Shown here: one piece after another, positions 26,041 through 41,350 of the stretch | Numbering within the stretch: the stretch's first letter is position 1 | Layout of the letters: the number at the start of each line of letters is the position of its first letter | DNA from: Tubulanus polymorphus | Lineage: Eukaryota > Animalia > Nemertea | DNA: 64,000 nucleotides | Assembly: GCF_964204645.1 (NCBI RefSeq) | Contig: NC_134026.1 | Coordinates: 13,452,050-13,516,049 of the forward strand | Direction: 5' to 3' | Notes under the pieces: generated by a model | Database searches by the model: none | What the model was told of the DNA's origin: nothing | What the model saw: the letters and a program-made list of their open reading frames with translations, nothing else | Made by a program: the position numbers and the translations under genes

Positions 26041-29000
26041 GGTTTTGTCGCCCGCGACAATTCATTATTTTGGTTTTGTCGCACGCAACAATTCATTAAT
26101 TTGTTTTTGCCGTCCGCGACAATTCATTATTTTGGTTTTATCGCCCGGGAAGATTCAATGATTTGGTTTTAACGCCCGCGACAATTCATTATTGTGGTTT
26201 TATCGCCCGCGACAATTCATTATTTTGGTTTTATCGCCCGCGACAATTCATTATTTTTCTTTTGTCACCCGTTACAATTCAATATTTTGGTTTTGTCACC
26301 CGCGACAATTCATAATTTTGGTTTTGTCGCCCGTGGTTTTGTCGGAACATTAAGTTTTTTGATCGAACAGTGTGTTAAGGTCGTTTTGGAAATTTACTCG
26401 GTCTGGTATATTTTGGATTACTGTGTATGTCATTTGTCAGGAGATTAAACAGAAGACGACTTAGGATACTACCTTGCGTGACTCCACTAGTTAGACCGTC
26501 TCATTCCAAGATGAGGCGTTCCGTTGATTTCGGTTACAAGTTTCCGTTCAGCGACAACCTGCGACAAATCAATATTTTGGTTTTGTCACCCGCGACAAAT
26601 CAATATTTTGGTTTTGTCGCTCATGCCAATTCAATATTTTGGTTTTATCGCCCGCGAAAATTCATTATTTTGGTTTTATCGCCCGCGACAATTTTTTTTT
26701 TGTCGCGGTTTTATCACCCGCGCATTTCATTATTTTGGTTTTATCGCCCGCAACAATTCATTAGTTTGGTTTTTTCACCCGCGACAATTCAAGATTTTGG
26801 TTTTTCTGCCGCGACAATTCATTTTTTGGATTTGTCGCCCGCGACAATTCAATATTTTGGTTTTATCGCCCGCGACAATTCATTATTTTGGTTTTATCGC
26901 CTGCGACAATTCATTATTTTGGTTTTATCGCCCGCGACAATTCATTAATTTGGTTTTGTCACCCGCGACAAAACAATATTTTGATTTTGTCGCCCACGAC
27001 AATTCAATATTTTGGTTTTATCGCCCGCGACAATTCATTATTTTGGTTTTATCGCCCGCGACAATTCATTTTTTGGATTTGTCGCCCACGACAATTCAAT
27101 ATTTTGGTTTTATCGCCCGCGACAATTCATTATTTTATCAATTCATTTTTTGGATTTGTCGCCCATGACAATTCAATATTTTGGTTTTATCGCCCGCGAC
27201 AATTCATTATTTTGGTTTTATCGCCCGCGACAATTCATTATTTTGGTTTTGTCGCACACGACAATGGCGACAATTCAAGATTTTGGTTTTATCGCCCGCG
27301 ACAATTCATTTTTTGGATTTGTCGCGCACGACAATTCAATATTTTGGTTTTATCGCCCGCGACAATTCATTATTTTGGTTTTATCGCCCGCGACAATTTT
27401 TTTCTCTTTTTGTCGCGGTTTTATCGCCTGCGACACTTCAATATTTTGGTTTTATCGCCCGCAACAATTCATTATTTTTTTGGTTTTATCGCCCGCGACA
27501 ATTCATTATTTTGGTTTTATTGCTCGCGACAATTCATTTTTTGGGTTTGTCGCCCACGACAATTCAATATTTTGGTTTTATCGCCCGCGACAATTCATTA
27601 TTTTGGCTTTATCGCCTGCGACAATTCATTAGTTTGGTTTTGTCGCCTGCGACAATTGAATATTTTGGTTTTGTCGCCCGCGACAATTCATGATTTTGGC
27701 TTTATCGCCCGCGACAATTCATTTTTTTGGTTTTATCGCCTGCGACAATTTATTATTTTGGTTTTAACGCCCCCAACAATTCATTAGTTTGGTTTTTTCG
27801 CCCGCGACAATTCAAGATTTTGGTTTTTCTGCCGCGACAATTCATTTTTTGGATTTGTCGCCCGCGACAATTCAATATTTTGGTTTTATCGATTATCAAT
27901 TCAAGTATAAATGAACTAATTTATTGCCGCAGACTTCAAATTCAGTCGCGGTCTTCAAACAGTGATTTTAACAATAGCCCATTTTCCTCATCAAATCATA
28001 TTACCGATACACTGGAAATTTACTACTTTAGATTTTAAAAGCACTGTCGAGCCGTAAACATCGACGAATCGACGTGTGTTACTACATCGTCGTTCCGGGG
28101 ATCAGCTGCGAGTTTCTCCTCATCATGAGAATCAAATCGAGTACAAATTAATTTATTACTACCAGTAATTTGGCTGCGGGTTTCAAGGAGTTAGTATAAC
28201 AATACCTATTTTTCTTTACCGAATTAACCGAGTATTTACTAAGATAAATCTTTAGTGTACCGAGGAATCGTAGGCCTAAACTAAACACGCCGAAGAGATA
28301 TAGCGGAGAAAAGCTGTTATGTCGACGAGGTATCAAAATAAAAGAATATATTACTTTATTCGGCCGCGGGCTTCAACCTCTATATCAATACCATCAATAC
28401 TCTATATTTCCTACAGTACATACCGATCATTGTCAAATGCACAAGGTATTTACTAAATACAAGTATATAACACATAATCCTTTCCGTATGCTGGACTCAC
28501 ACTTGACATTCGGAGTAAGCGTTCGCTGTGGGGGAAAGGGATCGTTCGCTGTGTCGCTTGAAGTGTTTATCGAGTTTGACGCGGCTTTAGGCCTACCGGT
28601 ACTGAGCTTTACTGTCTCAAACAAACACAGTACAATTGTTGCGTTTATTAACGGACTCATTGGATTGAACTTCAAAACAAAATTTACGATATTTAGGTGG
28701 GTTGTTAAATTCAATAGGCCTACGACCAATCTGTCCGGATGTTAGGCCTACGCATATACATAGGCCTACATAGGCTAGTAGCCTCTACTAGGTTAAGCGT
28801 TCGCTGTGGGGGAAAGGAGATCGTTCGCTGTGTCGCTTGAAGTGTTTATCGAGTTTTACGCGACCGTAAGGCTTTAGTATGGTGGCTGATAAGGGCCATG
28901 CGTAAAAAAAAACACGTATATGCAAATGAGGGCGACATTATGACAAAACTAAAATAACGCGACAAAAAAATAATATTGGTTTTGTCGCCCGCGACAATTC

Positions 29001-32000
29001 ATTATTTTGGTTTTATCGCCCGCGACAATTCATTATTTTGGTTTTATCGCCCGCGACATTTCATTAATTTGGTTTTGTCACCTGCGACAAATCAATATTT
29101 TGGTTTTGTCACCCGCGACAAATCAATATTTTGGTTTTGTCGCTCATGCCAATTCAATATTTTGGTTTTATCGCCCGCGAAAATTCATTATTTTGGTTTT
29201 ATCGCCCGCGACAATTTTTTTTTTTGTCGCGGTTTTATCGCCCGCGCATTTCATTATTCTGGTTTTATCGCCCGCAACAATTCATTAGTTTGGTTTTTTC
29301 ACCCGTGACAATTCAAGATTTTGGTTTTTCTGCCGCGACAATTCATTTTTTGGATTTGTCGCCCGCGACAATTCAATATTTTGGTTTTATCGCCCGCGAC
29401 AATTCAATATTTTGGTTTTATCGCCCGCGACAATTCATTATTTTGGTTTTATCGCCCGCGACAATTCATTATTTTGGTTTTGTCGCACACGACAATGGCA
29501 ACAATTCAAGATTTTGGTTTTATCGCCCGCGAAAATTCATTATTTTGGTTTTATCGCCCGCGACAATTCATTAATTTGGTTTTTTCAACCGCGACAAAAC
29601 AATATTTTGATTTTGTCGCCCACGACAATTCAATATTTTGGTTTTATCGCCCGCGACAATTCATTATTTTGGTTTTATCGCCCGCGACAATTCATTATTT
29701 TGGTTTTGTCGCACACGACAATGGCGACAATTCAAGATTTTGGTTTTATCGCCCGCGACAATTCATTTTTTGGATTTGTCGCCCACGACAATTCAATATT
29801 TTGGTTTTATCGCCCGCGACAATTCATTATTTTATCAATTCATTTTTTGGATTTGTCGCCCACGACAATTCAATATTTTGGTTTTATCGCCCGCGACAAT
29901 TTTTTTCTCTTTTTGTCGCGGTTTTATCGCCTGCGACACTTCAATATTTTGGTTTTATCGCCCGGAACAATTCATTTTTTGGATTTGTCGCCCGCGACAA
30001 TTCAATATTTTGGTTTTGTCGCCCGAGACAATTCATCTTTTTGGTTTTATCGCCTGCGACAATTCATTATCTTGGTTTTGTCGCCTGCGACAATTCATTA
30101 TTTTGGTTTTGTCGCTCGCGACAATTCATTATTTTGGTTTTGTCGCACGTGACAATTCAATATTTTGTTTTTGTCGCCCGCGACAATTCGTTCGCTGTGG
30201 AGGAAAGGAGATCGTTCGCTGTGTCGCTTGAAGTGTTTATCGAGTTTTACGCGACCTTAAGGCTTTAGTATGGTGGCTGATAAGATAAAAAAACACGAAT
30301 ATGCAAATGAGGGCGACATTACGACAAAATGACAAAACTAAAATAATGCGAGAAAACAATGATTTTGATTTTGTCGCCCGCGACAATTCATTATTTTGGT
30401 TTTGTCGCCCGCGAAGATTCAATATTTTGGTTTTATCGCCCACGACAATTCACTACTTTGGTTTTATCGCACCATTTTGGTTTTGTCACCCGCGACAATT
30501 CATTATTTTGGTTTTATCGCCCGCGACAATTCATTATTTTGGTTTTATCGCCCGCGACATTTCATTAATTTGGTTTTGTCACCTGCGACAAATCAATATT
30601 TTGGTTTTGTCACCCGCGACAAATCAATATTTTGGTTTTGTCGCTCATGCCAATTCAATATTTTGGTTTTATCGCCCGCGAAAATTCATTATTTTGGTTT
30701 TATCGCCCGCGACAATTTTTTTTTTTGTCGCGGTTTTATCGCCCGCGCATTTCATTATTCTGGTTTTATCGCCCGCAACAATTCATTAGTTTGGTTTTTT
30801 CACCCGTGACAATTCAAGATTTTGGTTTTTCTGCCGCGACAATTCATTTTTTGGATTTGTCGCCCGCGACAATTCAATATTTTGGTTTTATCGCCCGCGA
30901 CAATTCAATATTTTGGTTTTATCGCCCGCGACAATTCATTATTTTGGTTTTATCGCCCGCGACAATTCATTATTTTGGTTTTGTCGCACACGACAATGGC
31001 AACAATTCAAGATTTTGGTTTTATCGCCCGCGAAAATTCATTATTTTGGTTTTATCGCCCGCGACAATTCATTAATTTGGTTTTTTCAACCGCGACAAAA
31101 CAATATTTTGATTTTGTCGCCCACGACAATTCAATATTTTGGTTTTATCGCCCGCGACAATTCATTATTTTGGTTTTATCGCCCGCGACAATTCATTATT
31201 TTGGTTTTGTCGCACACGACAATGGCGACAATTCAAGATTTTGGTTTTATCGCCCGCGACAATTCATTTTTTGGATTTGTCGCCCACGACAATTCAATAT
31301 TTTGGTTTTATCGCCCGCGACAATTCATTATTTTATCAATTCATTTTTTGGATTTGTCGCCCACGACAATTCAATATTTTGGTTTTATCGCCCGCGACAA
31401 TTTTTTTCTCTTTTTGTCGCGGTTTTATCGCCTGCGACACTTCAATATTTTGGTTTTATCGCCCGGAACAATTCATTTTTTGGATTTGTCGCCCGCGACA
31501 ATTCAATATTTTGGTTTTGTCGCCCGAGACAATTCATCTTTTTGGTTTTATCGCCTGCGACAATTCATTATCTTGGTTTTGTCGCCTGCGACAATTCATT
31601 ATTTTGGTTTTGTCGCTCGCGACAATTCATTATTTTGGTTTTGTCGCACGTGACAATTCAATATTTTGTTTTTGTCGCCCGCGACAATTCGTTCGCTGTG
31701 GAGGAAAGGAGATCGTTCGCTGTGTCGCTTGAAGTGTTTATCGAGTTTTACGCGACCTTAAGGCTTTAGTATGGTGGCTGATAAGATAAAAAAACACGAA
31801 TATGCAAATGAGGGCGACATTACGACAAAATGACAAAACTAAAATAATGCGAGAAAACAATGATTTTGATTTTGTCGCCCGCGACAATTCATTATTTTGG
31901 TTTTGTCGCCCGCGAAGATTCAATATTTTGGTTTTATCGCCCACGACAATTCACTACTTTGGTTTTATCGCCAGCGACAATTCATTATTTTGGTTTTGTC

Positions 32001-32905
32001 GCCCGCGAAAATTCTTCTTTTTGGTTTTGTCGCCCGCGACAATTCATTATTTTGGTTTTATATTTTGTTTTTGTCGTCCGCGACAATTTTTTTTTTGGTT
32101 TTGTCGCCCGCGACAATTCGGTATTTTGGTTTTATCGCCCGCGATAATTCATTATTTTGGTTTTGTCGCCCGATACAATTCATTATTTTTGTTTTATCGC
32201 CGGCGACAATTCATTATTACGGTTTTATCGCCCGCGACAATTCATTATTTTGGTTTTGTCGCCCGCGACAATTCACCATTTTGGTTTTGTCACCCGCGAC
32301 AATTCATTATTGCAAATGAGGGCGACATTACGACAAAACGACAAAACTAAAATAACGCGAGAAAACAATGATTTTGATTTTGTCGCCCGCGACAATTCAT
32401 TATTTTGGTTTTATCGCCCACGAAAATTCATTACTTTGGTTTTATCGCCAGCGACAATGCATTATTTTGGTTTTGTCGCCCGCGACAATTGTTCTTTTTG
32501 GTTTTGTCACCCGCGACAATTCATTATTTTGGTTTTATATTTTGTTTTTTTCGCCCGCGACAATTTTCTTTTTTGGTTTTGTCGCCCGCGACAATTCAAT
32601 ATTTTGGTTTTATCGCCTGCGACAATTCAATATTTTGGTTTTATCGCCCGCGATAATTCATTATTTTGGTTTTGTCGCCTGAGAAAATTCATTATTTTGG
32701 TTTTATCGCCCGCGACAATTCATTATTACGGTTTTATCGCCCGCGACAATTCATTAGTTTTGTTCTATCGCCCGCGACAATTCATTAGTTTGGTTTTGTC
32801 GCCCGCGAAAATTCAATATTTTGGTTTTATCACCCGCGACAATTCGTTAGTTTGGTTTTATCGCCCGCGACAATTCATTAGTTTGGTTTTGTCGCCCGCG
32901 ACAAT
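26040..32905 (+). repeat. Long compound 31-bp satellite region interrupted by HINE-A fragments
   Basis: Arrays at about 26040-26345, 26560-27890, 28975-30190, 30365-31690 and 31865-32905. Confidence 0.95.
28976..31971 (+). repeat. Near-identical 1501-bp tandem duplication
   Basis: Identical ORF translations offset by exactly 1501 (29131/30632, 29321/30822, 29412/30913, 29638/31139, 30237/31738). Confidence 0.95.
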
Positions 32906-32910
32906 TCTTT

Positions 32911-34328
32911 TTCAGTCCACTTGGGACTTTAGTCCCAGCGGGCTATTGTGTTCACTTTTCGTCCGTCCATAGACGGAATCCAGTTATTTTGGGAAGTTTT
33001 GAAGACGCTTCAAGGTAAGGTCTTGATATTTGGTTTATACATGTATCTACCTTAGACACATCGTCAGCCCAAAAACTGGCCCTGTCAGATTCAAGATGGC
33101 CGACTGGCAGCCATTGTTGTTTGCCAAAATCAGCACTTTTTAAACATTTTCGAAGTTTTCATGGGGAAATTTTGAAGACGCTTTGATCAATTACCTTGAG
33201 CTTTCGTTTATATTTGAATCTACCAAAGGCCCATCAGCATAAGAAAATTGGGTCGATCTGACTCAAGATGGCCGTCCTATGACCTTTTTAAGTGCCCAAA
33301 AATGTAAATTTTGGCCAAAATTCTAGGTCCTGTGGCTTCCTACTGGTTTACCATTTCTCATTGCAACTGCTGATGGGTATTCTTTAGAGAGGGATGTTTT
33401 ATACCTGGGACTGGTATTTTTGATCAGCCAATTATGACGCAATTGGCGGCCATTTTGGTGTCATCAGTACTCATTCGTAGGTGGGAAAAAGTTTTTCCAC
33501 ATTAAATTGATACCTAAGCATATTGTGTTACTATATTCAATTGGAAAGTTGTAGCCCATAACGTCTTCTATGATTTTCGTGAGTTTCAAGGTCATTGGTT
33601 TTAGTATGTGGCCATCAGGGGGCGTTGAATAATACAATAACTTAGTATTGCTATATTATATTTGTACCAAGGCATATTTTTTTACCATGATCAATTGCTA
33701 AGTTGTAGTTCATGACATCGTCTATGATTGTGGTGAGTTTTTAAGGACATTATTTATTCCATATAGTCACCAGGGGGCGTTGAATAGTAGAAAAGCTTAG
33801 TTTTTCCTTATTAGATTGGTACCTAGGCATAGTTTGTTACCATGATCCATTGCAAAGTTGTAGATCATGACATCGTGACATCGTCTATGATTGTGGTGAG
33901 TTTTTAAGGACATTAGTTATTCCGTATAGTCACCAGGGGGCGTTGAATAGTAGAATGGCTTAGTATTTCCTTATTAGATTGGTACCTAGGCATATTTTGT
34001 TACTATGATCAATTGCAAAGTTGTATTTCATGACATGTACTACGATTGTGGTGAGTTTTAAGGTCATTGGGTTTTGCATATGGTCACCAGGGGCGTTGAA
34101 TAGTAGAATAACTTAGTATTTCCATATTAAATTGGTAACGAGGCATATTTTGTTATCACAATCAATTACAAAATCATAGCTGCTCACATGCTCTATGATT
34201 GTGGTGGGTTTCAAGGTCATTGGTTTTTGTATATGGTCACTAGAGGGCGTTATGTATTGAAATTGTTAGATTTTTGAGCATTTGAAACCACTTCCCAAGT
34301 GAGCAAGGTGTCCCTGGACCCCTAGTTT
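32911..34328 (+). mobile_element. HINE family B, copy 2
   Basis: Same termini and internal repeats as copy 1, at the same position in a satellite monomer. Confidence 0.85.
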
Positions 34329-36024
34329 GGTTTTGTCGCCCGCGACAATTCATTATTCTGGTTTTTTCGCATGCAACAATTCAATATTTTGTTTTTGTCG
34401 TCCGCGACAATTCATTATTTTGGTTTTATCGCCGCGACAATTCAATATTTTGGTTTTAACGCCCTCGACAATTCATTATTGTGGTTTTATCGCCCGCGAC
34501 AATTCATTATTTTGGTTTTGTCGCCCGTGACAATTCAATATTTTGGTTTTGTCACCCGCGACAATTCATAATTTTAGTTTTGTCCCCGTGGTTTTGTCGG
34601 AACATTAAGTTTTTTGGTTGAACAGTGTGTTAAGGTCGTTTTGGAAATTTACTCGGTCTGGTATATTTTGGATTACTGTGTATGTCATTTGTCAGGACAT
34701 TAAACAGAAGACGACTTAGGATACTACCTTGCGTGACTCCACTAGTTAGACCGTCTCATTCCAAGATGAGGCGTCCCGTTGATTTCGGTTACAAGTTTCC
34801 GTTCAGAGATAACTGCTGAGCCATTTGGGCGACCTATCATTGATACTGTTTCCTAATAGCCTCTTTAGTAATGGCTGATGTTGAGCCTTATCAAATGCTT
34901 TGTTGAAATCCACCGTTGAACAGGATTCTAAGACTGTGCAGAAAACCCGTTATCGCTGATTTGCAGCTATATTTATTATTTTTTTCTTCCACACTATTTT
35001 TATTAAAAGAACAAAGGCTTTGTTACCTTGACGCTGTTGTCGATACAATCCGTCTGATATCATTCAGCTCACTTGGATCTACAAATACCCCATGCGTATT
35101 TCGAAGAATCATCGTTACAAAAGCACTGTCGGGCCGTAAACATCGAAAATTGAGCCCCATTCAAAGAGCCGACATGTTTTTCTAAGTCCTCTTTCCGAAA
35201 TCTACCGCACGTTTCTTGTCACATCAATTATCAATTCAAGCATAAATTAACAAATTTATTACCCAAAGATTGCACATTCTGTCGCGGTTTTTAAAAACTA
35301 ATTTTAACAGTAACCCATTTTCCTCATCAAATTATATTACTGATACACAGGAAATTGACTACTTTAGATTTTAAAAGCACTGTCGAGCCGTAAACATCGA
35401 CAAATCGACGTGTGTCACTACATCGTCGTTCCGGGAATCAGCTGCGAGTTTCACCTCATCATGGGAATCAAATCGAGTACAAATTAATTTATTACTACCA
35501 GTGATTTGGCTGCGGGCGTCAAGCAGTTAATTTAGCAATACCTATTTTTCTTTACCAAATTTACCGTGTTTTTACTAAGATAAATCATAAGTGTACCGGG
35601 GAGTCGTAGGCCTAAACTAAACACGCCGAAGAGATTATAGCGGAGAAAAGCTGTTATGTCGACGAGGTATCAAAATAAAAGAATATATTACTTTATTCGG
35701 CCGCGGCCCTCCATATCAATACCATCAATACTCTATATTTCCTACAGTACATACCGGTCATTGTCAAATCCACAAGGTATTTACTAAATACAAGTATAAA
35801 ACACACTCCTATCCGTATGCTGGACTCACACTTGACATTCGGAGTAAGCGTTCGCTGTGGGGGAAAGGAGATCGTTCGCTGTGTCGCTTGAAGTGTTTAT
35901 CGAGTTTTACGCGACCTTAAAGCTTTAGTATGGTGGCTGATAAGATAACTAAACACGAATATGCAAATGAGGGCGACATTACGACAAAACGACAAAACTA
36001 AAATAACGCGAGAAAACAATGATT

Positions 36025-36600
36025 TTGATTTTGTCGCCCGCGACAATTCATTATTTTGGTTTTATCGCCCACGACAATTCATTACTTTGGTTTTATCGCC
36101 AGCGACAATGCATTATTTTGGTTTTGTCGCCCGCGACAATTGTTCTTTTTGGTTTTGTCACCCGCGACAATTCATTATTTTGGTTTTATATTTTGTTTTT
36201 TTCGCCCGCGACAATTTTCTTTTTTGGTTTTGTCACCCGCGACAATTCATTATTTTGGTTTTATATTTTGTTTTTTTCGCCCGCGACAATTTTCTTTTTT
36301 GGTTTTATCGCCTGCGACAATTCAATATTTTGGTTTTATCGCCCGCGATAATTCATTATTTTGGTTTTGTCGCCTGAGAAAATTCATTATTTTGGTTTTA
36401 TCGCCCGCGACAATTCATTATTACGGTTTTATCGCCCGCGACAATTCATTAGTTTTGTTCTATCGCCCGCGACAATTCATTAGTTTGGTTTTGTCGCCCG
36501 CGAAAATTCAATATTTTGGTTTTATCACCCGCGACAATTCGTTAGTTTGGTTTTATCGCCCGCGACAATTCATTAGTTTGGTTTTGTCGCCCGCGACAAT
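36025..36600 (+). repeat. 31-bp satellite array (further short arrays at 34328-34600 and 37840-38093)
   Basis: Near copy of 32370-32905. Confidence 0.93.
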
Positions 36601-36604
36601 TCTT

Positions 36605-37838
36605 TTTCAGTCCACTTGGGACTTTAGTCCCAGCGGGCTATTGTGTTCACTTTTCGTCCGTCCATAGACGGAATCCAGTTATTTTGGGAAGTTTTGAAGA
36701 CGCTTCAAGGTAAGGTCTTGATATTTGGTTTATACATGTATCTACCCTAGACACATCGTCAGCCCAAAAACTGGCCCTGTCAGATTCAAGATGGCCGACT
36801 GGCAGCCATTGTTGTTTGCCAAAATCAGCACTTTTTAAACATTTTCGAAGTTTTCATGGGGAAATTTTGAAGACGCTTTGATCAATTACCTTGATCTTTC
36901 GGATATATGTGAATCCCTCCAGGGCCCTCGATCGGACTCAAGATGGCCGTCCTATGACCTTTTGTGGCAAAAATTGTTAATTTTGGCCCGAATTCTGAGT
37001 CCTGTAGCTTCCTACTGGTTTACCATTTCTCATTGCAATTTGTGATGGGTATTCTTTGGCAAGGGATGTTTTATACCCGAGACAGGTATTTTTCATCAGC
37101 CAATTATGACGCAATTGGCGGCCATCTTGGTGTCACCAGTACTCATTCGTAAGTGGGAAAAAGTTTTTCCACATTATATTGATACCTAAGCGTATTTTGT
37201 TACCAAAATTATTTAGAAAGTTGTAGCTCATAACGTGTTCTATGATTGTGGTGAGTTTGAAGGTCATTGGAATTTGTATATGGCCACCAGGGGGCGTTGA
37301 ATAATGCAATATCTTAGCATTTCTATATTATATGCGTACCTATGCATATTTTGTAACCACAATCAATTGGTAAGTTGTAGCTCATGACATCATCTATGAT
37401 TGTTGCGAGTTTTAAGGAAAATAGTTTTTTCTACATGGTCACCAGGGGGCGTTGAATAGCAGAATAACTTAATATTTCCTTATTATATCGGTACCTAGGC
37501 ATATTTTGTTACCATGATCAATAAAAAACATGTTGTTCATGACATGTTCTATGATTGTGGTAAGTTTCGAGGTAATTGGGTTTTGAATATGGTCACCAGG
37601 GGGCGTTAAATAGTAGAATAACTTAGTATTTGCATATTAAATTGGTAATGAGGCATATTTTGTTATCACAATCAATTACAAAATCGTAGCTGCTGACATG
37701 TTCTATGATTGTGGTGAGTATCAAGTTCATTGGATTTTGTATATGGTCACCAGGGGGCGTTCAATATCGAAATTGTTAGATTGTTGAGCATTTGGAACCA
37801 CTTCCCAAGTGGGCATGGTGTTCCTGGACCCCTAGTTT
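36605..37838 (+). mobile_element. HINE family B, copy 3
   Basis: Same termini. First 300 bp or so match copy 2 closely, the remainder is more diverged. Confidence 0.85.
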
Positions 37839-40800
37839 GTTTTGTCACCCGCGACAAATCAATAATTTGGTTACGTCGCGACATTTCAATATTTTGGTTT
37901 TGTCGCCCGCGACAATTCAAGATTTTGGTTTTATCGCCCGCGACAATTCATTTTTTTGGTTTTGTCACTCGCGACAATTCAATATTTTGGTTTTATCGCC
38001 AGCTACAATTGATTATTTTGGTTTTATCGCCTGCGACAAATGATTATTTTGGTTTTATCGCCCGCGACAATTAATTTTTTTGGTTTTGTCGCCCACTCTA
38101 TTAGCTTTTGAATAATTAGGCCAATTAATAAGGTAATAAAGACTTATGCTTTCGCCTATTTTGAAGTCGATTAATCTGATATAGTACGGAAGTGATAAAG
38201 GGCCTCGAGTTGTCGCGTTCAAACTCGACAAGTCGCCATATTTATGTCGATATATCGCGTCAAGTCCACATGAATATGTCTACATATCGCGACGTTTTCA
38301 CAACAAATTTCGCTTTTTTGCTCATTTTCCACGGGACAAGCTGTCATTTGAAGACATGTCTAAATGTAAGATGAGGACGCCAGTAATATGACGACTGAGT
38401 TTCAAGTCGTCATGAATATGTCGACTTGTCGCGAGGAAAATGGTCGAGAAAAGGAAATATGTCGTCAAAACGTCACGATATATCGACATATTCATGTCGA
38501 CTTGACGCGATATATCGCGGTATGTCGACATAATTATGGCGACTTGTCGAGTTGGAACGCGACATCTCGAGGCCCCTTATCGCTTCCGTAGATATAGTGT
38601 CGAATATTAAGGTCATTTTGGCAGATTCTTTTTTTTTAAAGTGATATTAAAGCGATCATTCAAGTGACCCTACTTAATGAAAGATCTACGGAAGCGATGA
38701 AGGGCCTTGAGTTGTCGCGTTCCAACTCGACAAGTCGCCATATTTATTTCGATATATCGCGATATATCGAAATAAGATGGCGACTGAGTCAACATAAATA
38801 TGTTGACATATCGTGACGTTTTGACGACTTGAAACTCAGTCGTCATATCACTGGCGTCCTCATCTTTCAGCAACGCCAGTCACATGGAGTCGTACGTGTT
38901 CTACCTTCTGCGACGCGACACGACTGTCACAACCAACCGACGCGCTCTTGCGACTGGCAGAAACAAGTCGCACACAATCGTATTGCAACCGACTTGCACC
39001 GAAACTTGCGATGCAACGCGAGGATCACATCGTGTCACAAGACCAACCTACGTCCGGCATTAAGTTACTGCGGAGCACCAGAAATATCTTTTTTTTTTCG
39101 TTAAAAAGACTTTTCGCTTGAAAATTCTTTCGTCGGATCAAAATTTATATAAATTTTTATATAAATTTCGTTCGAACCAATTATATTCTATATGATTGAA
39201 CCAATTTGAAAAAATCGTTAGAACAAAGTTGAACAAACTTTTTTTTGTCCAAACGAAAGGTTTTTCGTTCGAACAATCGTTCAATTGAACAGAATCGTTT
39301 TAATTTGAACAGAATTTTCTTGTCAGAACATTAAGTTTTTCGTTCGAACAAGTATATTGAAAAAAGTTTTTTCTTCGAACCGAAAGTATGAAGTATTTCG
39401 TTCAATCGAACAGAATTCTTTTCATTCAAACATTCGTTCGAAAAAATTGTTTTTGCTCGACCAAATTTTTTTGCCGGGACTAAAAATTTTTCATTTCAAC
39501 AATAACATAGCTTCTTATTCGAACACATTTTTTGTCAGAATGAAGAAAATTTTTGGTTCAAGCAAAAAGCGTATTGTTCGATCAAACAGAATTATTTTCA
39601 TTCGAACAAGATTTTCTTGTTGGAACATTAAGTTTTTTGGTCGAACAGCGTGTTAAGGTCGATTCGGAAATTTACTCGGTCTGGTATATGTTGGATTACT
39701 GTGTATGTCATTTGTCAGGACATTAAACAGAAGATAACTTAGGATACTACCTTGCGTGACTCCACTAGTTTGACCGACTTATTCCAAGATGAGGCGTTCC
39801 GTTGATTTCGGCTACAAGTTTTCGTTCAGAGATAACTGCTGAGCCATTTGGGCGACCTATCATTGATACTGTTTCCTAATAGCCTGTTTAGTAATGGCTG
39901 ATGTTGTGCCTTATCAAATGCTTTGTTGAAATCCACCGTTGAACAGGATTCTAAGACTGTGCAGAAAACCCGTTATCGCTGCTTTGCAGCTATATTTATT
40001 ATTTTTTCCACACTTTTTTGTCAAAAGTACATAGGGTTTTTGACATTACCGCTGTTGCCGATACAATCCGTCTGATATCATTCAGCTCACTTCGATCTAC
40101 AAATACTCCGTGCGAATTTTGAAGAATCAACGCTACAAAAGCACTCTCGGGCCGTAAACATCGAAAATTGAGCCCCATTCAAAGAGCCGACATGTTTTTC
40201 AAAGTCGTCTTTACGAAATCTACCGCACGTTTCTTGTCACGTCGATTATCAATTAAAGCATAAATTAACAAATTTATTACCCAGAGATTGCACAGTCTGT
40301 CGCGGTTTTTAAAAAACTAATTTTAACAATAGCCCATTTTCCTCATCAAATCATATTACCGATATACAGGAAATTTACTACTTTAGATTTTAAAAGCACT
40401 GTCGAGCCGTAAACATCGACGAATCGACGTGTGTCACTACATCGTCGTTCCGGGGATCAGCTGCGAGTTTCTCCTCATCATGAGAATCGAATCGAGTACA
40501 AATTAATTTATTACTACCAGTGATTTGGTTGCGGGCTTCAAGCAGTTAGTTTAACAATACCTATTTTTCTTTACCAAATTAACCGTGTATTTACTAAGAT
40601 AATCATAAGTATACCGGGGAGTCGTAGGCCTAAATGAAACACGCCGAAGAGATATAGCGGAGAAAAGCTGTTATGTCGACGAGGTATCAAAATAAAAGAA
40701 TATATTACTTTATTCGGCCGCGGGCTTCAACCTCTATATCAATACCATCAAAACTCTATATTTCCTACAGTACATATGGATCATTGTCAAATGCACAAGG

Positions 40801-41350
40801 TATTTACTAAATACGAGTATATAACACACTCCTATCGGTATGCTGGACTCACACTTGACATTCGTAGTAAGCGTTCGCTGTGGGGGAAAGGAGGTCGTTC
40901 GTTGTGTCGCTTGAAGATGTTATCGAGTTTTACGCGACCTTAAGGCTTCAGGCCTACCGGTACTGACCTTTACTGACTCAAACATTTATTAACGGACTCA
41001 TTGGATTGAACTTCAAAACAAAATTTACGATATTTAGGTGGGTTGTTATTCAATAGGCCTACGACCAATCTGTCCGGATGTTAGGCCTACGCATATATAT
41101 AGGCTAGTAGCCTCTACTAGGTTTAAGCTAAGTTCACTGTAAAGGAGGAATCAGATTTATTAAAATGCATGTTAATTACTGATTAACTGGTTGTGATTTG
41201 CAACTATCAATCACAATTATCAATTTTATTGCCAAAAATGAAGATTTTTTTGAAAATTTCGTCTGAGCAGACAGCTTTATAAGCCAGACTTTTCATTTGA
41301 GTTTTTTCATCATAAATGAAACTGGTATTTCATTAATTGCTAATGATTTA

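Noticed and set aside
26040-32905. CRISPR-like array (about 31-bp palindromic repeats, an RT nearby)
   Set aside because: Monomers abut with no unique spacers, there are no cas genes, the context is eukaryotic, and the RT belongs to an ordinary LINE inserted later.
13276-38074. Many overlapping plus-strand ORFs (VLSPATIHYFGFIARDNSLFWFYRPRQFIIL repeats)
   Set aside because: Translation of a 31-bp stop-free satellite, open in all three frames; not evidence of protein coding.
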